Of a stretch of DNA of 64,000 nucleotides, positions 44,758-55,590 are shown one piece after another. Both the position numbers and the translations under genes were made by a program. Below the pieces are notes generated by a model. That model saw only the letters and a list, made by a program, of their open reading frames with translations. It was not told the origin of the DNA and searched no databases. Origin of the DNA: Giardia intestinalis (lineage: Eukaryota). The DNA lies in NCBI GenBank assembly GCA_000002435.2, contig CM018793.1. One strand, given 5' to 3'. The first letter of the stretch is position 1. Every line of letters starts with the position of its first letter.

Positions 44758-45675
44758 ATGGCCAAAGTCGACATCGATGAGTTTATTGAGCGTCTATACC
44801 GCGGAGAATTGCTTGTCGAGGAGGAGATTCGAGAAATATGCGAAAGGGTGAAGCATATATTCATCGAGGAACCCAACATTCAACCAATTCTGGCCCCTGT
44901 TACGGTTGTCGGTGACATCCATGGGCAGTACCACGATCTCATTGAAATGTTCCGTATTTGTGGACGTTCACCATACACAAATTACCTCTTCATGGGCGAT
45001 TATGTCGATCGCGGATACTACTCAGTTGAGTGTATAACTCTCTTGGTCTTGCTAAAGATTAAGTACCGTAATAGGGTTACTATGCTTCGCGGAAATCACG
45101 AGTCTAGGCAGGTCACGCAGGTGTACGGCTTCCACGAAGAGGTTGTAAGAAAGTATGGGACGTCTGCTGTTTGGAAGATCTTCACTGAGGTGTTTGATTA
45201 TCTCCCCATTGGCTGTTTGATAGACAAATCCATATTTTGCATTCATGGTGGTTTGTCGCCCTCGATTGATACCCTCGATCAGATCAGACAGCTCGAAAGG
45301 GTAACGGAGATACCTCATGATGGTGCCATAGCAGACTGTCTTTGGTCAGATCCAGACATAAAATCAGGTTGGGGAAGGTCACCCCGAGGAGCAGGGTATA
45401 CCTTTGGTCAGGATGTGACGGAGACCTTCATAAAGAACAACGGGCTTCTCATGATTGCGCGTGCCCACCAGCTTACCATGGAGGGCTACCAGTGGCACCA
45501 TGACAAGCAGTGCGTGACCATCTTCTCTGCGCCAAACTACTGCTTCCGCAGTGGAAACCGCGGGGCAATCATGGAACTGGACGAGAATATCCAATACACC
45601 TTCATACAATTCAACTTTGCTCCTCGCAGAGGCCAGCCACATATATCTAGGCGCGTTCCGGATTACTTCCTTTAG
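44758..45675 (+). CDS. PP2A-family (PP2A/PP4/PP6) serine/threonine phosphatase catalytic subunit
   Basis: The catalytic motifs [17 protein letters not shown] and RGNHE are present, and the C-terminus reads RRVPDYFL (compare PP2Ac TPDYFL). An upstream ATG at 44641 would add a 39-aa hydrophobic non-homologous extension and overlap the TMA7 start. I therefore prefer the start at 44758 ([13 protein letters not shown]...). Confidence 0.9.
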   Translation: MAKVDIDEFIERLYRGELLVEEEIREICERVKHIFIEEPNIQPILAPVTVVGDIHGQYHDLIEMFRICGRSPYTNYLFMGDYVDRGYYSVECITLLVLLKIKYRNRVTMLRGNHESRQVTQVYGFHEEVVRKYGTSAVWKIFTEVFDYLPIGCLIDKSIFCIHGGLSPSIDTLDQIRQLERVTEIPHDGAIADCLWSDPDIKSGWGRSPRGAGYTFGQDVTETFIKNNGLLMIARAHQLTMEGYQWHHDKQCVTIFSAPNYCFRSGNRGAIMELDENIQYTFIQFNFAPRRGQPHISRRVPDYFL

Positions 45676-45708
45676 TCGCTTGAGAGCAATGGATAAGTAA
45701 ATCCCCGG

Positions 45709-48700
45709 CTACCGCGGTTTCTTTCTAAGGAAGCGTGCAATCCGCATGTGTCCCTGTGAGCGGGCCATGGCTTCGACGGTCTCCCCGAACCCTGTAGGTA
45801 TGTGTGCTTCGTTGACGAGGAGCTTGACACAGTTGAGTTGTTCTGCTTGAACAGAGTGGGCGAGTGCAGTGTACCCACTAAAGTCTACGATGCCTTGCTC
45901 ATACCGCATGAGTAAGCTGACACAGCTGGCATGTCCTTGCCGCGCAGCATACATCAGCGCAGTTCGGCCCAGAGCGTCCCGCTTAGATGCCTCTCCAATA
46001 TAGAGCTCTGCGGTCTCTACATCACCTGAGGCCGCTGCGATCATTAAAGATGTAACATTACTGATCTTCTGCTCTGAGGCTAAAAGAATCGTTGCGCAGC
46101 CCATGTAGCCGTTAAGCAGAGTCCGTAATAGAGCGGTACTTTTGTCAACATCTGACATGCCAGCCTCTGTGCGAAGATACTGCACACACTTAATGTGCCC
46201 TTCTTCGGCAGCATACATCAGAGCTGTCTCTCCTAAGTTGTTGGCTATGCACATCTCCTGTCGCAGCTGCTTGAGCACCTCGGTGTGCCCACACCTTGCC
46301 GCATAATGCAAGGCTGTGTTTCCGTTATTGTCCGTGGCGCCACATTCGAAGTCACGTAGCAGTGACACTACGCCTAAGTGTCCCTCGTGGGCCGCAGTCA
46401 TTAGTGCAGTACACCCACCCTTTGTTTTCAGACCAACCTCTCCCAGAAGCAGCTCAACACATCCCAAGTGTCCCTGTTGTGCAGCCATCATAAGGGCGGT
46501 GAAACCCTCGCCCACTTGCAGACCAAGTTCACCGAGAAGCAGTTTGACTGCCTCCTCATGACCATAATAGGCGGCTATCTTGAGAGATGACAACCCGTTG
46601 TATACCGTGCCAATGAGATTTAAGTTAGCCTTTATGTCGTCCAAGTTATTACTCTCCGCTGCCAAATATAAGGGACTCTTCTTTGTAGATACAGTTGCTG
46701 CAACGCGGGGCTTTAAAGGAACCGAAGTACGTTCCATAAGAATATGATTAGTTATGCATTGTATATACTTTACCTTGTTTTCTATTACAGCATAGTCTAA
46801 AATGGTGTAACCGTCAGGCATCTTTATAGATGCCTCCCCTTTTAATAAGGCCTTAAACATATCCTTTTTGTTCAAGTCTAGTGCTATCTTCAGTGCCGTT
46901 TTACCGTATCTATTTAGAAGACCCTCTGCTGACGCCAGATATGGCTGATATTTAATTTTCCCGTTCTTCACTGCCCAGATGAGCGCGGTGTCGCCCTCAT
47001 TGTCCCTACAGGAAGCTTCATACGGACCCAAGAGTTCGACAATTTTACTAAGTCCGCGCTCCATTGCGATGATCAGTGCCGTCTTCCCGTTGGCCTGTAT
47101 ATATGTAGCCTCTCCGACACAGAGCTGTACCAGTTCAACATCCCCTGTGAATACGGCGCGAATGAGAGCTGTTCTACCGTCACTATCGACATGGCCCTGT
47201 TCATACTTTGCCAGGAGCTCACAACACTTCCGTTGCTCGCGGTCTGTGGCGAGCATTAGAGCTGTTCTGTGCTGGCTGTTGAGTATACGAGACTCCTTAT
47301 TGACCAGAAGAGACACTATTGCATCGTGGCCATGCTCTGCCGCATACATAAGTGCTGTATTTCCTTCTCCGTCCTGCATGCCATGTTCATGTTCTGCGAG
47401 AACCGTGGCTGCACTTACATCCCCAATCCTAGAGGCATGCATCAGAGCAGTTCGCCCTTGAGAATCAACGCTCCTTAAAGACTCTGGGAGTAGCCATTTA
47501 ATGTAGTTACTCTTTCCATTAAGAATGCACCACATCAAAGTTGTGAGGCCTGGCCCAATTCGAGCGCTGATTTCCTGGGGCATAAGTGCTAGTCTTTGAA
47601 TGCATGAGATGTTATCTGAAACTATAGCAATTAGTAATGCAGTTTCGCCACTATGCGTTTGGATGCCGGCTTCTACTTTCAGAACATCCAAGCATTCCAC
47701 ATGGTTAAGTTTCACAGCTAGTACAAGGGCTGTGATGCCCTCAACGTTAGACAGTCGCGCTTCCTTCCCAATGAGTAAGTGAATCATTTCAACCTGATTA
47801 AGGCGCACGGCCCACATAAGGGCTGTCTCGCCATATTTGTCTATTAGTCCAGATTCCCTCTCAAGTAAAAACGATACGCATTCTTTGCTGCCATTTATGG
47901 CCGCATACATAAGCGCTGTCTTGCTCGTGAGATCGTGACACCGTTCTTCATAAGGAGCGAGAAGCTTTGCACATATGTGATGGTTATTTCTTGCTGCGTG
48001 CATCAAAGCCGTCATTCCATCTTTGTCCCTAATTCCTTCTTCTACGGCAAGAAGGCGCTCCACAGATTCTCTGCTGCCGGCGGAAGCAGCATGCATAAGT
48101 GCGGTCATGCCCTTGTTGTCTTGCAACTTACTTTCCTTCAGTATGAGAGACGACGCCTCAGCAATCGTATTCTTTCTGGCCGCGTGCATCAAAGCTGTCA
48201 TCTTGTTATTGTCATACATCTGTCCCTCATGCTCAAGAAGAATATCTATGCAATCAGAGTGTCCAGCCATAGCTGCTAGCATAAGAGCAGTACGTCCGTT
48301 ATGGGAACGCATCCGGACTTCGTGCAAATTATTTCTTACGCTATCTACATCCCCAGACAACGCAGCGTCCATAAGAGCCGTCTGGAGTCCGAAGCCACTG
48401 GGTCTAGGGGATACTGGTGACTGTGCTCCGAGCCTTAGCCCAGACGGCGAGGAGGCCCGAATAGGGCTAGGAGACCACACAAGTGCATTATGCATGGTTT
48501 GATACCTTTGAAACTCCATTCTTCGAAGGACTTCTTGAATGTCAGGAACAAGGAGGAGATCTGCGCTGCTTATTCGTGCATACGGTATTCGTTCTAGACA
48601 CCGCCTGATGACGAGTTTTATAGTATTACTGTAGCCTGAAAGCTGCTGCAAGTAAGGCTCAATAGGAGTGTCGGCTATAGAGGTGGGAATTTCAAGAGTG

Positions 48701-49350
48701 CATAATTCTAGTATAATGCAGCCCAAAGACCAAATATCGACCTTCTGCGTGCAGGATTGTCCATTGAGTATCTCTGGTGCCAGATAAGCAGGGGTCCCGA
48801 GCACCTTCTGCACACTCGCAGATCCGGTAATAGAAACAAGCTCCAGGGGGCGACAAAAACCAAAATCAGCAATCTTAACGTCGTCATCCAGGAATAAAAT
48901 GTTTGCCGGCTTTATGTCTCTGTGCACAACAACCGATAAAGAGCCTGTCTTGATCTGGGAGTGAAGATAGGCAAGACCAGCGGCAATTTGAGCCAGTATC
49001 TCCCATATCTGCAGCTCAGGTATAGGCTCTTGTCGGCGGCGATGCTGCATGATGAATTCCTCGAGCGTTCCCCCATTGCAGTACTCCATCTCGAGATACA
49101 CATGTTCAATCTCTGGATCGCGCAGCACACGCGTACAATTAACAATATATCGTGACTGAAGCTGTGGATAGATATCTAACTCTCCCGTGAGGGACATGCT
49201 ACTAGCGAGGCAAAGGCTTTCATCAATTTCCTTCAAAGCAAAGATCTCACCAGAATCGGTTTTCGAGACCTTGTATACTTTCCCAAAGGCTCCCACGCCA
49301 AGTACCTCTTCACAGATGTACGATTTAGCGATGGTTGTGGACACAAGCAT
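45709..49350 (-). CDS. NEK-family serine/threonine kinase with a long ankyrin-repeat array (1213 aa)
   Basis: The N-terminus carries GVGAFGKVYKV, ALKEI, HRDIKPANILF and DFG, so the catalytic residues are intact. The remaining roughly 900 aa are tandem 33-aa ankyrin repeats (...TALMHAA..GH...V..LL...). The ATG at 49350 was verified. Confidence 0.9.
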   Translation of the reverse strand: MLVSTTIAKSYICEEVLGVGAFGKVYKVSKTDSGEIFALKEIDESLCLASSMSLTGELDIYPQLQSRYIVNCTRVLRDPEIEHVYLEMEYCNGGTLEEFIMQHRRRQEPIPELQIWEILAQIAAGLAYLHSQIKTGSLSVVVHRDIKPANILFLDDDVKIADFGFCRPLELVSITGSASVQKVLGTPAYLAPEILNGQSCTQKVDIWSLGCIILELCTLEIPTSIADTPIEPYLQQLSGYSNTIKLVIRRCLERIPYARISSADLLLVPDIQEVLRRMEFQRYQTMHNALVWSPSPIRASSPSGLRLGAQSPVSPRPSGFGLQTALMDAALSGDVDSVRNNLHEVRMRSHNGRTALMLAAMAGHSDCIDILLEHEGQMYDNNKMTALMHAARKNTIAEASSLILKESKLQDNKGMTALMHAASAGSRESVERLLAVEEGIRDKDGMTALMHAARNNHHICAKLLAPYEERCHDLTSKTALMYAAINGSKECVSFLLERESGLIDKYGETALMWAVRLNQVEMIHLLIGKEARLSNVEGITALVLAVKLNHVECLDVLKVEAGIQTHSGETALLIAIVSDNISCIQRLALMPQEISARIGPGLTTLMWCILNGKSNYIKWLLPESLRSVDSQGRTALMHASRIGDVSAATVLAEHEHGMQDGEGNTALMYAAEHGHDAIVSLLVNKESRILNSQHRTALMLATDREQRKCCELLAKYEQGHVDSDGRTALIRAVFTGDVELVQLCVGEATYIQANGKTALIIAMERGLSKIVELLGPYEASCRDNEGDTALIWAVKNGKIKYQPYLASAEGLLNRYGKTALKIALDLNKKDMFKALLKGEASIKMPDGYTILDYAVIENKVKYIQCITNHILMERTSVPLKPRVAATVSTKKSPLYLAAESNNLDDIKANLNLIGTVYNGLSSLKIAAYYGHEEAVKLLLGELGLQVGEGFTALMMAAQQGHLGCVELLLGEVGLKTKGGCTALMTAAHEGHLGVVSLLRDFECGATDNNGNTALHYAARCGHTEVLKQLRQEMCIANNLGETALMYAAEEGHIKCVQYLRTEAGMSDVDKSTALLRTLLNGYMGCATILLASEQKISNVTSLMIAAASGDVETAELYIGEASKRDALGRTALMYAARQGHASCVSLLMRYEQGIVDFSGYTALAHSVQAEQLNCVKLLVNEAHIPTGFGETVEAMARSQGHMRIARFLRKKPR

Positions 49351-49511
49351 GGGGCGGGGAGCAGGGGAGGAATAAATTAAATCTCACTCAAAAGGATGAA
49401 GGACCTCTCGGGCATCTACCGTATTTACCTCTATTAGCTTAGTTTAGTTAACTGTTTGATATAGCCGGCAAGCAAAACACTTCACTATATCACCTAGGGT
49501 AGAAGGGAAGA

Positions 49512-51278
49512 CTAGACTGCACTACGGCTGTGCATCTGCGGCTGCCCACGCATCCCAGACAGCCGAATAGATGCCGGCTGAGATGCCCTGAGCTCCTCCT
49601 CAAAGCCTGCATTTATGGCAGAACCGCTAACAGATGCAAGAGATGCCTCAAGTGCACTCACTCTCGCACTTGCGCGCCTAAATTCTTCTTCGCGGAGGTG
49701 CAGGTTTGCTTTTAGATTGATTATCTCTTCGTTGAGCCTCAGCTTTTCATCTTTGAGATTCGTGATTGTCTCATCCCTACGTTTGATTTCTTCACGTCTG
49801 CTCTGCTCAAGTTCTTGGTATCTCTGATCGTTTCGCATGTTCGTAGCATCGACAGTCGCAAATATATGTGCATAGTTCCGTTCTTTGGCGCGAAGCCTCT
49901 CTATTTCTATCTTGATGGGCTCAAAGCGCTCCTTCATATACTCATAAAGGCGCTTAGCCTCGTAGAGCTTGCTCACCTCGGCTGCTTGATCGTCTTTAAG
50001 GCGCTGCAGCCTTTCGTTCTCCTCCACTATCTTGCTCATCTGATCATCTGCAATGAGCAGCTTTGCCTTCTGAGACTCTACCTCCAGGCGCAGAGCGCGA
50101 GCCTCGTCCTCGACTTCCTTCAAACTCGACACCGTTGTCATCGACTTGGTGTACTCGTCAACAAGCTTGCTCTGCTGTTCCTCCAGCTCTCGTATACGCA
50201 GAACAGCGTCCTCAGCCGCTAGCTCTGTATTCCTGAGACGAGAGAGCTCTTCCTGCAAGGTTCTTATCTGCTCCTCAGCTCCAGCAAGACGCAAGGAGGT
50301 GCCATCTAGGTCTGCGGTGACCTGTGCCAGGGACACTCTGGCTTCTTCTGCCTCGCGGGCTTTATCTCCGGCCAGCTCACTTATCGCTTGATACTTCAAG
50401 TTCTCCTTCTCCATTGAGCTGTAGCGTTGAGTTAGCTCGTCGTACTTCCTCTTAAAGCTTTCTGCTTCGGAAAGAAGAACCTCTAACTCCGTGATACGAG
50501 ACTCTGCTTTGCACAGGTTCTCCTCCCATGTGTTAGACTTCTCCTGCACAGACCGAAGGGACTCGATGGTACTTTCAAGACGAGAGATCTTTTCGGTAAG
50601 GGCGATGATCTGTGCTGTCTTTGTCTCCGCATTGGCCTCGTCATCTTGATAGATAGCAAGCTGTGCAGCAACATCCTCGTACTGCTCATATGGAACAAAC
50701 CTCGGTTTTGCGCCAGCTTGTATCTGAGGATTAGGAGCAAGCACGGGTTGCACCCCCTGGGCTGCCGGCACCACTGTTCCTAGTCCTGATATGGCAGGGC
50801 CAGACTGCGAAAGCTGGATGGGCACGGGTCCCTGTGACTGTGCCAGCGCAGAGGGTGCCAATGCAGCAGAGACTGTCGCCTGAAGGGCATTAGTGTTAAG
50901 GACAGATACGGGAGCATCTGCTGCAGAGAACCCTGTAAGCTCATTGATCGTATCTGTGAGCTCCATTACATCTTTAGAAAGTATGCCGTTATCTGTCTGA
51001 AGTAACGCAATTTGCTCTCTAAAGGCTAGATGCTCCTCCTCAGCTTTGTCAAGTTTCTCCCGGAGTTCATCGCACGATTGGCGAAGCTGAGCGTTCTCAG
51101 CCTCGAGGGTCCCCACGCGAGGTGCGTCGAGTTTACTGGCCGTCTGGGCCGAGAGCAGACGTGAATTTGCGTCTTCGAGACGAACTATCTCGAACTTAGC
51201 CGCCCGGAGACTCTCCTCGAGGATCGCAACGCGCTTCCTGCTGTCTTTTAGCTCATTGGTCAGTCGCTGAAGATCCAT
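49512..51278 (-). CDS. coiled-coil protein (588 aa)
   Basis: The protein is heptad-rich throughout (LEEQQSKLVDEYTKSMTTVSSLKEVEDEARALRLEVESQKAKLL...). The ATG at 51278 was verified. Confidence 0.75.
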   Translation of the reverse strand: MDLQRLTNELKDSRKRVAILEESLRAAKFEIVRLEDANSRLLSAQTASKLDAPRVGTLEAENAQLRQSCDELREKLDKAEEEHLAFREQIALLQTDNGILSKDVMELTDTINELTGFSAADAPVSVLNTNALQATVSAALAPSALAQSQGPVPIQLSQSGPAISGLGTVVPAAQGVQPVLAPNPQIQAGAKPRFVPYEQYEDVAAQLAIYQDDEANAETKTAQIIALTEKISRLESTIESLRSVQEKSNTWEENLCKAESRITELEVLLSEAESFKRKYDELTQRYSSMEKENLKYQAISELAGDKAREAEEARVSLAQVTADLDGTSLRLAGAEEQIRTLQEELSRLRNTELAAEDAVLRIRELEEQQSKLVDEYTKSMTTVSSLKEVEDEARALRLEVESQKAKLLIADDQMSKIVEENERLQRLKDDQAAEVSKLYEAKRLYEYMKERFEPIKIEIERLRAKERNYAHIFATVDATNMRNDQRYQELEQSRREEIKRRDETITNLKDEKLRLNEEIINLKANLHLREEEFRRASARVSALEASLASVSGSAINAGFEEELRASQPASIRLSGMRGQPQMHSRSAV

Positions 51279-51324
51279 TCGGAAAAGACAACCCCTCTAA
51301 ATTTTGTTTAACAAATTTAAATGA

Positions 51325-51978
51325 ATGGGTGACCGGAATGACCGAAGTGACGTTGCTCCACTGCCCGGCGGGGCTGCTGTTCCTGTGCGCACAGTGAATT
51401 GCCAGTCAGCACTTGAATTGCTAATAGACCTGCGGAGCCAGGAAGGCTTACCACCTTATGATTCTGCTAAGGTGGCAGCCGCCATTAAATCCTTGACGGA
51501 TATCTACCCGCATTTGTCCTACTATCTGGATCTTCTCTCGCAGGACTTATCGAAGATCGATACTACTGCTGTACTTCGCCACTTTTACCCCTTTTATATG
51601 ATCTACAATGAGTTTATTCATCTTTTGGTCGTCTATCATATGACGCGATTTCGGCGTCTACTCTCCACAATCAATAACTCAGTAGATCTACCCTCAGACT
51701 GTGCGGCTGCTCTCTCCCCCTACGAGCAGGAGCTGCTCAAGCAGGTGCAGGATATCAGGATCAACTTTTACTTGCGAGAAGGCGTCTTACCAACCCCAAA
51801 AGTGGCGCCTCCGACCTCTGCGTACATAGACGTCATGGTTGTGGACAACTCTGTTGGTGAGGTTCTGCTTCAGAGCGGCGAAACTGTTTTCTTGAACTAT
51901 GGGTCGTTCCATCATCTTCTTCGCTCCGATGCCGCCGAGTTTTTAGCTCGTGGACAATTGGTTATTCTTAGCGAGTAG
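51325..51978 (+). CDS. GINS complex subunit Psf1
   Basis: The C-terminus reads PTSAYIDVMVVDNSVGEVLLQSGETVFLNYGSFHHLLRSDAAEFLARGQLVIL. This parallels human PSF1 ([52 protein letters not shown]). The N-terminal helical region fits the GINS A-domain. The ATG at 51325 was verified. Confidence 0.65.
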   Translation: MGDRNDRSDVAPLPGGAAVPVRTVNCQSALELLIDLRSQEGLPPYDSAKVAAAIKSLTDIYPHLSYYLDLLSQDLSKIDTTAVLRHFYPFYMIYNEFIHLLVVYHMTRFRRLLSTINNSVDLPSDCAAALSPYEQELLKQVQDIRINFYLREGVLPTPKVAPPTSAYIDVMVVDNSVGEVLLQSGETVFLNYGSFHHLLRSDAAEFLARGQLVILSE

Positions 51979-52114
51979 TGTTCACGGCAACTTTATTCCT
52001 TTTTAGAAGTATATCGGGTAAATCCTTGCCAACTTGCAGTTAGATCAGCTATTAAAATTAGTTAAAAGTAGTTCATCTACACTTCTATAGATTGAGCATT
52101 TGGTCGTTGAGATC

Positions 52115-54823
52115 ATGAACTTGAGTAAGGTATGGTCTCCGTACGATGCCAAGCAACTGGGTGAGGAAGTTGGCTGTCCTCCAAAGCAACTGCTTCCAAC
52201 TGGAGAAGACCCCCTTAAAACCTCTATCGATAGCCTGATATTTCCCGTTGTTTATACTCCCATCTCCTCAGTCAAGCCACAGCCTGGTTCGACCATCCAG
52301 AGCCAGGGTGTGGAGGCCATTTACTCTCTTTTGTCTATCGTTGATGATTTGGCTGAATCCCTTGTAGGAAGAGACAAGTGGCAACTTATCTATGAAGATG
52401 AACAAGGAAAACTTAGCGCTAACACTCAAGTGCCCAATAAAACGCTGCCGATACTGGTGCCAGCATCGAGGATAACGAACAAAGAGCTTAGCACCGGTGT
52501 AGCCACATTCTTTCGTCAGGTAGATGCAGTAACCAATACCATAAGTCGAACACAGCTCAACTTACAGCAAACTACACCTATTGACCATGGGGTAGAGAAG
52601 GAAGCAGAATACAAAAGATTCGCCACTAATTCGGGGGCAGACTTCTTAAGCACTTTCTTACGCTTGGCGCTCCAGACTATCGACAGTCTGCCCTGGTTTC
52701 AGGCGGGTTCTTCAGAGGATCCTTGCTGTGTGCTTTGTATTTCAGATGACCAGTTGGTATACGACAAGTCCCAGGACATCTATAAGCTCACTGTCCGTGA
52801 TGCTGCTGCCCTTAACAGCCTCCTGATACCTGGCGACATCGTCAGCATACAGGGACAGTATTATGTGCTATCACTTTCTCCCCGCGCTCACGGGCTGTTT
52901 GAGCATGTTACGGAACAAGTATTTACGGTTACGCCCTGTCTGATTGCTAATTTCAATAGTGTGTACGCAGGTGCATCGATGAAACTCGAAAGACAGATGC
53001 GGGGGTCCCGGTGGAGAAATGAGCCCCTGTTTAAAGAGTTAGATACTTGCCCCACATTCTGTTGTTTCACACAATGCATATCTATGTGGTCTGCCGTAAG
53101 CCTCAAACAGGACTTCTGTGTTATTGCGGCCTTCTTCAAAGGACACCCATACGAATTGGGGCACTTTCCTCTGACTGCTTTGCAGATAGTTAAGTACTTG
53201 GCCTTCTATGATCCCAAGGATGCTGTTCTTCGCTTCTTTATTCTTGACAACTCGTGCGGAGCGCCATCTGGGATAGGAGTCAAAAGCGTGACTTTAGAGA
53301 AACAAAGTGAGGTTATCAGGGAGCTCACAGATAGCAGGAGTGATATCGATACTGCAGGTGTCGACGGCTCAGCTTCTAGTGGCATAGAGGTATCTACTCC
53401 TTCCTCGATAACGTCAGATTACGTACTAGAGGCAGATTTGGGGTGTTGTGGGCGCGAAGCCGATGAGTTCTTCTCTAAGTACGACATCGATGATTATGGA
53501 TTTCTGAAAGACCCTGGATTATTTCCCCCCACCTGCTCCCTCAATTCCCTTGAATTACTTGAGGTTCTGAAGTCGAGCCAGGACCCCACCGATTCACTCA
53601 GTCCTGCTACCTCGCAACAAACGTTCCTTTCAAACTTTCACGCTGCCATCCAATCGATTAGCTATGGCGTCTCGCTGATGTATGAAGTCCCTATGGCTAT
53701 TTCTAGAGAGTACTTTGCTTGGGTAGACGTTGTAAGCGAGTCCTCAACCGAATTGCTTTACCTATATGATCGATCTACCACTACTACCATAACTCTCAAG
53801 CGACCACTTCTTGTCCTTAATTTGCGCAAGCTCCTTTCTCACTATCTCAAGAAAAATAACGGAAAAGTTGAAGAGCATTTGAATGGGATCAGTTGCATGC
53901 CTGCTGTGCAAAGTATTTACGCTCTGGGTTTGGCCTATAACCACGTTCTTCTAATTATGATACCATACATGTCTGGCTCCTTCTTCTTTTGTTCATTTAG
54001 GAAGGACGAAGTGCCCTCTTCTGCAGATATATGTATTGTTGCGCAAAAGAGCGTTATTGATGTTGTTAATATTGATTTGCTTCAAACTCACGGATTGATC
54101 TTCGTATCAACGCGGACATTTGCATCTGATCCCCACAGCAAAACTAAATCGAGCACACATCTGCATATTTTCACCATGGTCTATAACTACAAAGAGACAG
54201 ATCAGATAGATTTCTCCACACGAGACGGCACGCTCAGAGAAATCAGATTTACTGTACTTTTTAGACCTGTTCACACGCTTTTCCTTATGGATGCTGGATA
54301 CCCCGCTAAGGGCATTGTGCTCTTGAACTCAATGCGCTTGGCCATCCACTTTGAGAGCTTATCATACTTTTATATGATAGACTGCGAGTTTTTACAAGGC
54401 CACAAAAGCCGAGACTCCAACGATACCTCATGCTGCATCTCAGCCACACCTATCTACACTGCATGTCGGTCAATAACCACCCTCTTGTATGCTCATGATG
54501 GAGAGCATATAGTATTATTCGAGCACGGAGAAAACCAAGCATTGGTATACTCGCTAATTAATCTAAAGGAGCTAAAGTATTCCATTGTCCTTCCAGGAGG
54601 AGACAGAATAAACCATGCGGCACCAGGCGGAGACAGTGGCTTACTTGCACTTTCCGGAGACCACACAATCTCAATTTATCAGCTAGGCGCTTCGGAGATC
54701 TTTCTGAAACACTATGTGACACGGGGAAAAGCCATAGGCATAGCGTGGTCTACACCAACCAGTTTACTGGTCGCAACAGAACAGGCTCTTTATACAATCA
54801 CACTGCGTGCAGAAGGTGCTTAG
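52115..54823 (+). CDS. hypothetical protein (902 aa)
   Basis: The long ORF begins at 52100 with TTG; the first ATG is at 52115. I recognise no domain. Confidence 0.7.
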   Translation: MNLSKVWSPYDAKQLGEEVGCPPKQLLPTGEDPLKTSIDSLIFPVVYTPISSVKPQPGSTIQSQGVEAIYSLLSIVDDLAESLVGRDKWQLIYEDEQGKLSANTQVPNKTLPILVPASRITNKELSTGVATFFRQVDAVTNTISRTQLNLQQTTPIDHGVEKEAEYKRFATNSGADFLSTFLRLALQTIDSLPWFQAGSSEDPCCVLCISDDQLVYDKSQDIYKLTVRDAAALNSLLIPGDIVSIQGQYYVLSLSPRAHGLFEHVTEQVFTVTPCLIANFNSVYAGASMKLERQMRGSRWRNEPLFKELDTCPTFCCFTQCISMWSAVSLKQDFCVIAAFFKGHPYELGHFPLTALQIVKYLAFYDPKDAVLRFFILDNSCGAPSGIGVKSVTLEKQSEVIRELTDSRSDIDTAGVDGSASSGIEVSTPSSITSDYVLEADLGCCGREADEFFSKYDIDDYGFLKDPGLFPPTCSLNSLELLEVLKSSQDPTDSLSPATSQQTFLSNFHAAIQSISYGVSLMYEVPMAISREYFAWVDVVSESSTELLYLYDRSTTTTITLKRPLLVLNLRKLLSHYLKKNNGKVEEHLNGISCMPAVQSIYALGLAYNHVLLIMIPYMSGSFFFCSFRKDEVPSSADICIVAQKSVIDVVNIDLLQTHGLIFVSTRTFASDPHSKTKSSTHLHIFTMVYNYKETDQIDFSTRDGTLREIRFTVLFRPVHTLFLMDAGYPAKGIVLLNSMRLAIHFESLSYFYMIDCEFLQGHKSRDSNDTSCCISATPIYTACRSITTLLYAHDGEHIVLFEHGENQALVYSLINLKELKYSIVLPGGDRINHAAPGGDSGLLALSGDHTISIYQLGASEIFLKHYVTRGKAIGIAWSTPTSLLVATEQALYTITLRAEGA

Positions 54824-54834
54824 TATAGTAATTA

Positions 54835-55578
54835 TTATCTGTAGTAGGGCGGCTGTATCTTGGAGGCAGTAGAGTTGCGTAGATAGTAGCGACATCCACC
54901 TACATCTAGAAATGCAGCGCATGTGGTCTTTTTGACGCAGGTGCTGCAGTGATTTAGTCCGCACGCATAGTACCCTGTATGGTTAACAACATAGTCTTCT
55001 CCTCCACAATTGATAGTAGGATTACACTGCAAATCAACATAATCTACCACCGCGAGATCCAAGTGGCTAAAGCTGTATTGCAGTCTGTTGCATCGTGCTG
55101 TAAAAAGCTTAAGGCCAAGTTGCTGGGAGTCTCCCAAACACGGGGGAACATCCCCTATGAGCGAATTATTGTCCAAGTGTAGGCTATGGAGTTTAGACAG
55201 TGCACATATGCATTCTGGGATGTTTCCATCAAGACTAGTATCTGTCATGTCCAGAACTCGCAGGTAAGAAAGACCCCCGAGCAGACAAAGGTCGGAGTCT
55301 TTGAGATTATTGCCAGATAGATATAAGCTGGATAGGTATGTGAGGTTTGTTAGGTCAGAAAGTTGACCATTGAGCCCCATGTGCTGCACATTTAGTGACA
55401 CCACATTATCATTGTCGTCACAGCTGACTCCGATCCAGTCGCAGTAAACATCCGACTGTAGCCAATTGTTTGGCATCCAATTTGCCCCGTCTGTGCTGTC
55501 ATAAAACTGAACGAGTGCATCATATTGCATGTCTACTAAACCATATCCAACCTCAAGGAGAAGAAGCAGAGAAAACAT
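54835..55578 (-). CDS. secreted leucine-rich-repeat protein (cysteine-flanked LRRs)
   Basis: The signal-like N-terminus MFSLLLLLEVGYG is followed by an LRR N-terminal cap (W..NNWL...CDWIGVSCD) and LRRs (LTYLSSLYLSGNNL, LSYLRVLDMTDTSLDGNIP, LSKLHSLHLDNNSLIGDVP). The ATG at 55578 was verified. Confidence 0.7.
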   Translation of the reverse strand: MFSLLLLLEVGYGLVDMQYDALVQFYDSTDGANWMPNNWLQSDVYCDWIGVSCDDNDNVVSLNVQHMGLNGQLSDLTNLTYLSSLYLSGNNLKDSDLCLLGGLSYLRVLDMTDTSLDGNIPECICALSKLHSLHLDNNSLIGDVPPCLGDSQQLGLKLFTARCNRLQYSFSHLDLAVVDYVDLQCNPTINCGGEDYVVNHTGYYACGLNHCSTCVKKTTCAAFLDVGGCRYYLRNSTASKIQPPYYR

Positions 55579-55590
55579 ATCAGTAGTAAC

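Noticed and set aside
44439-44879. 113-aa plus-strand ORF (44439..44780) and the 130-aa minus-strand ORF as whole proteins
   Set aside because: The plus ORF is antisense to TMA7 and Leu-rich or low-complexity. Only the last 53 codons of the minus ORF match TMA7.
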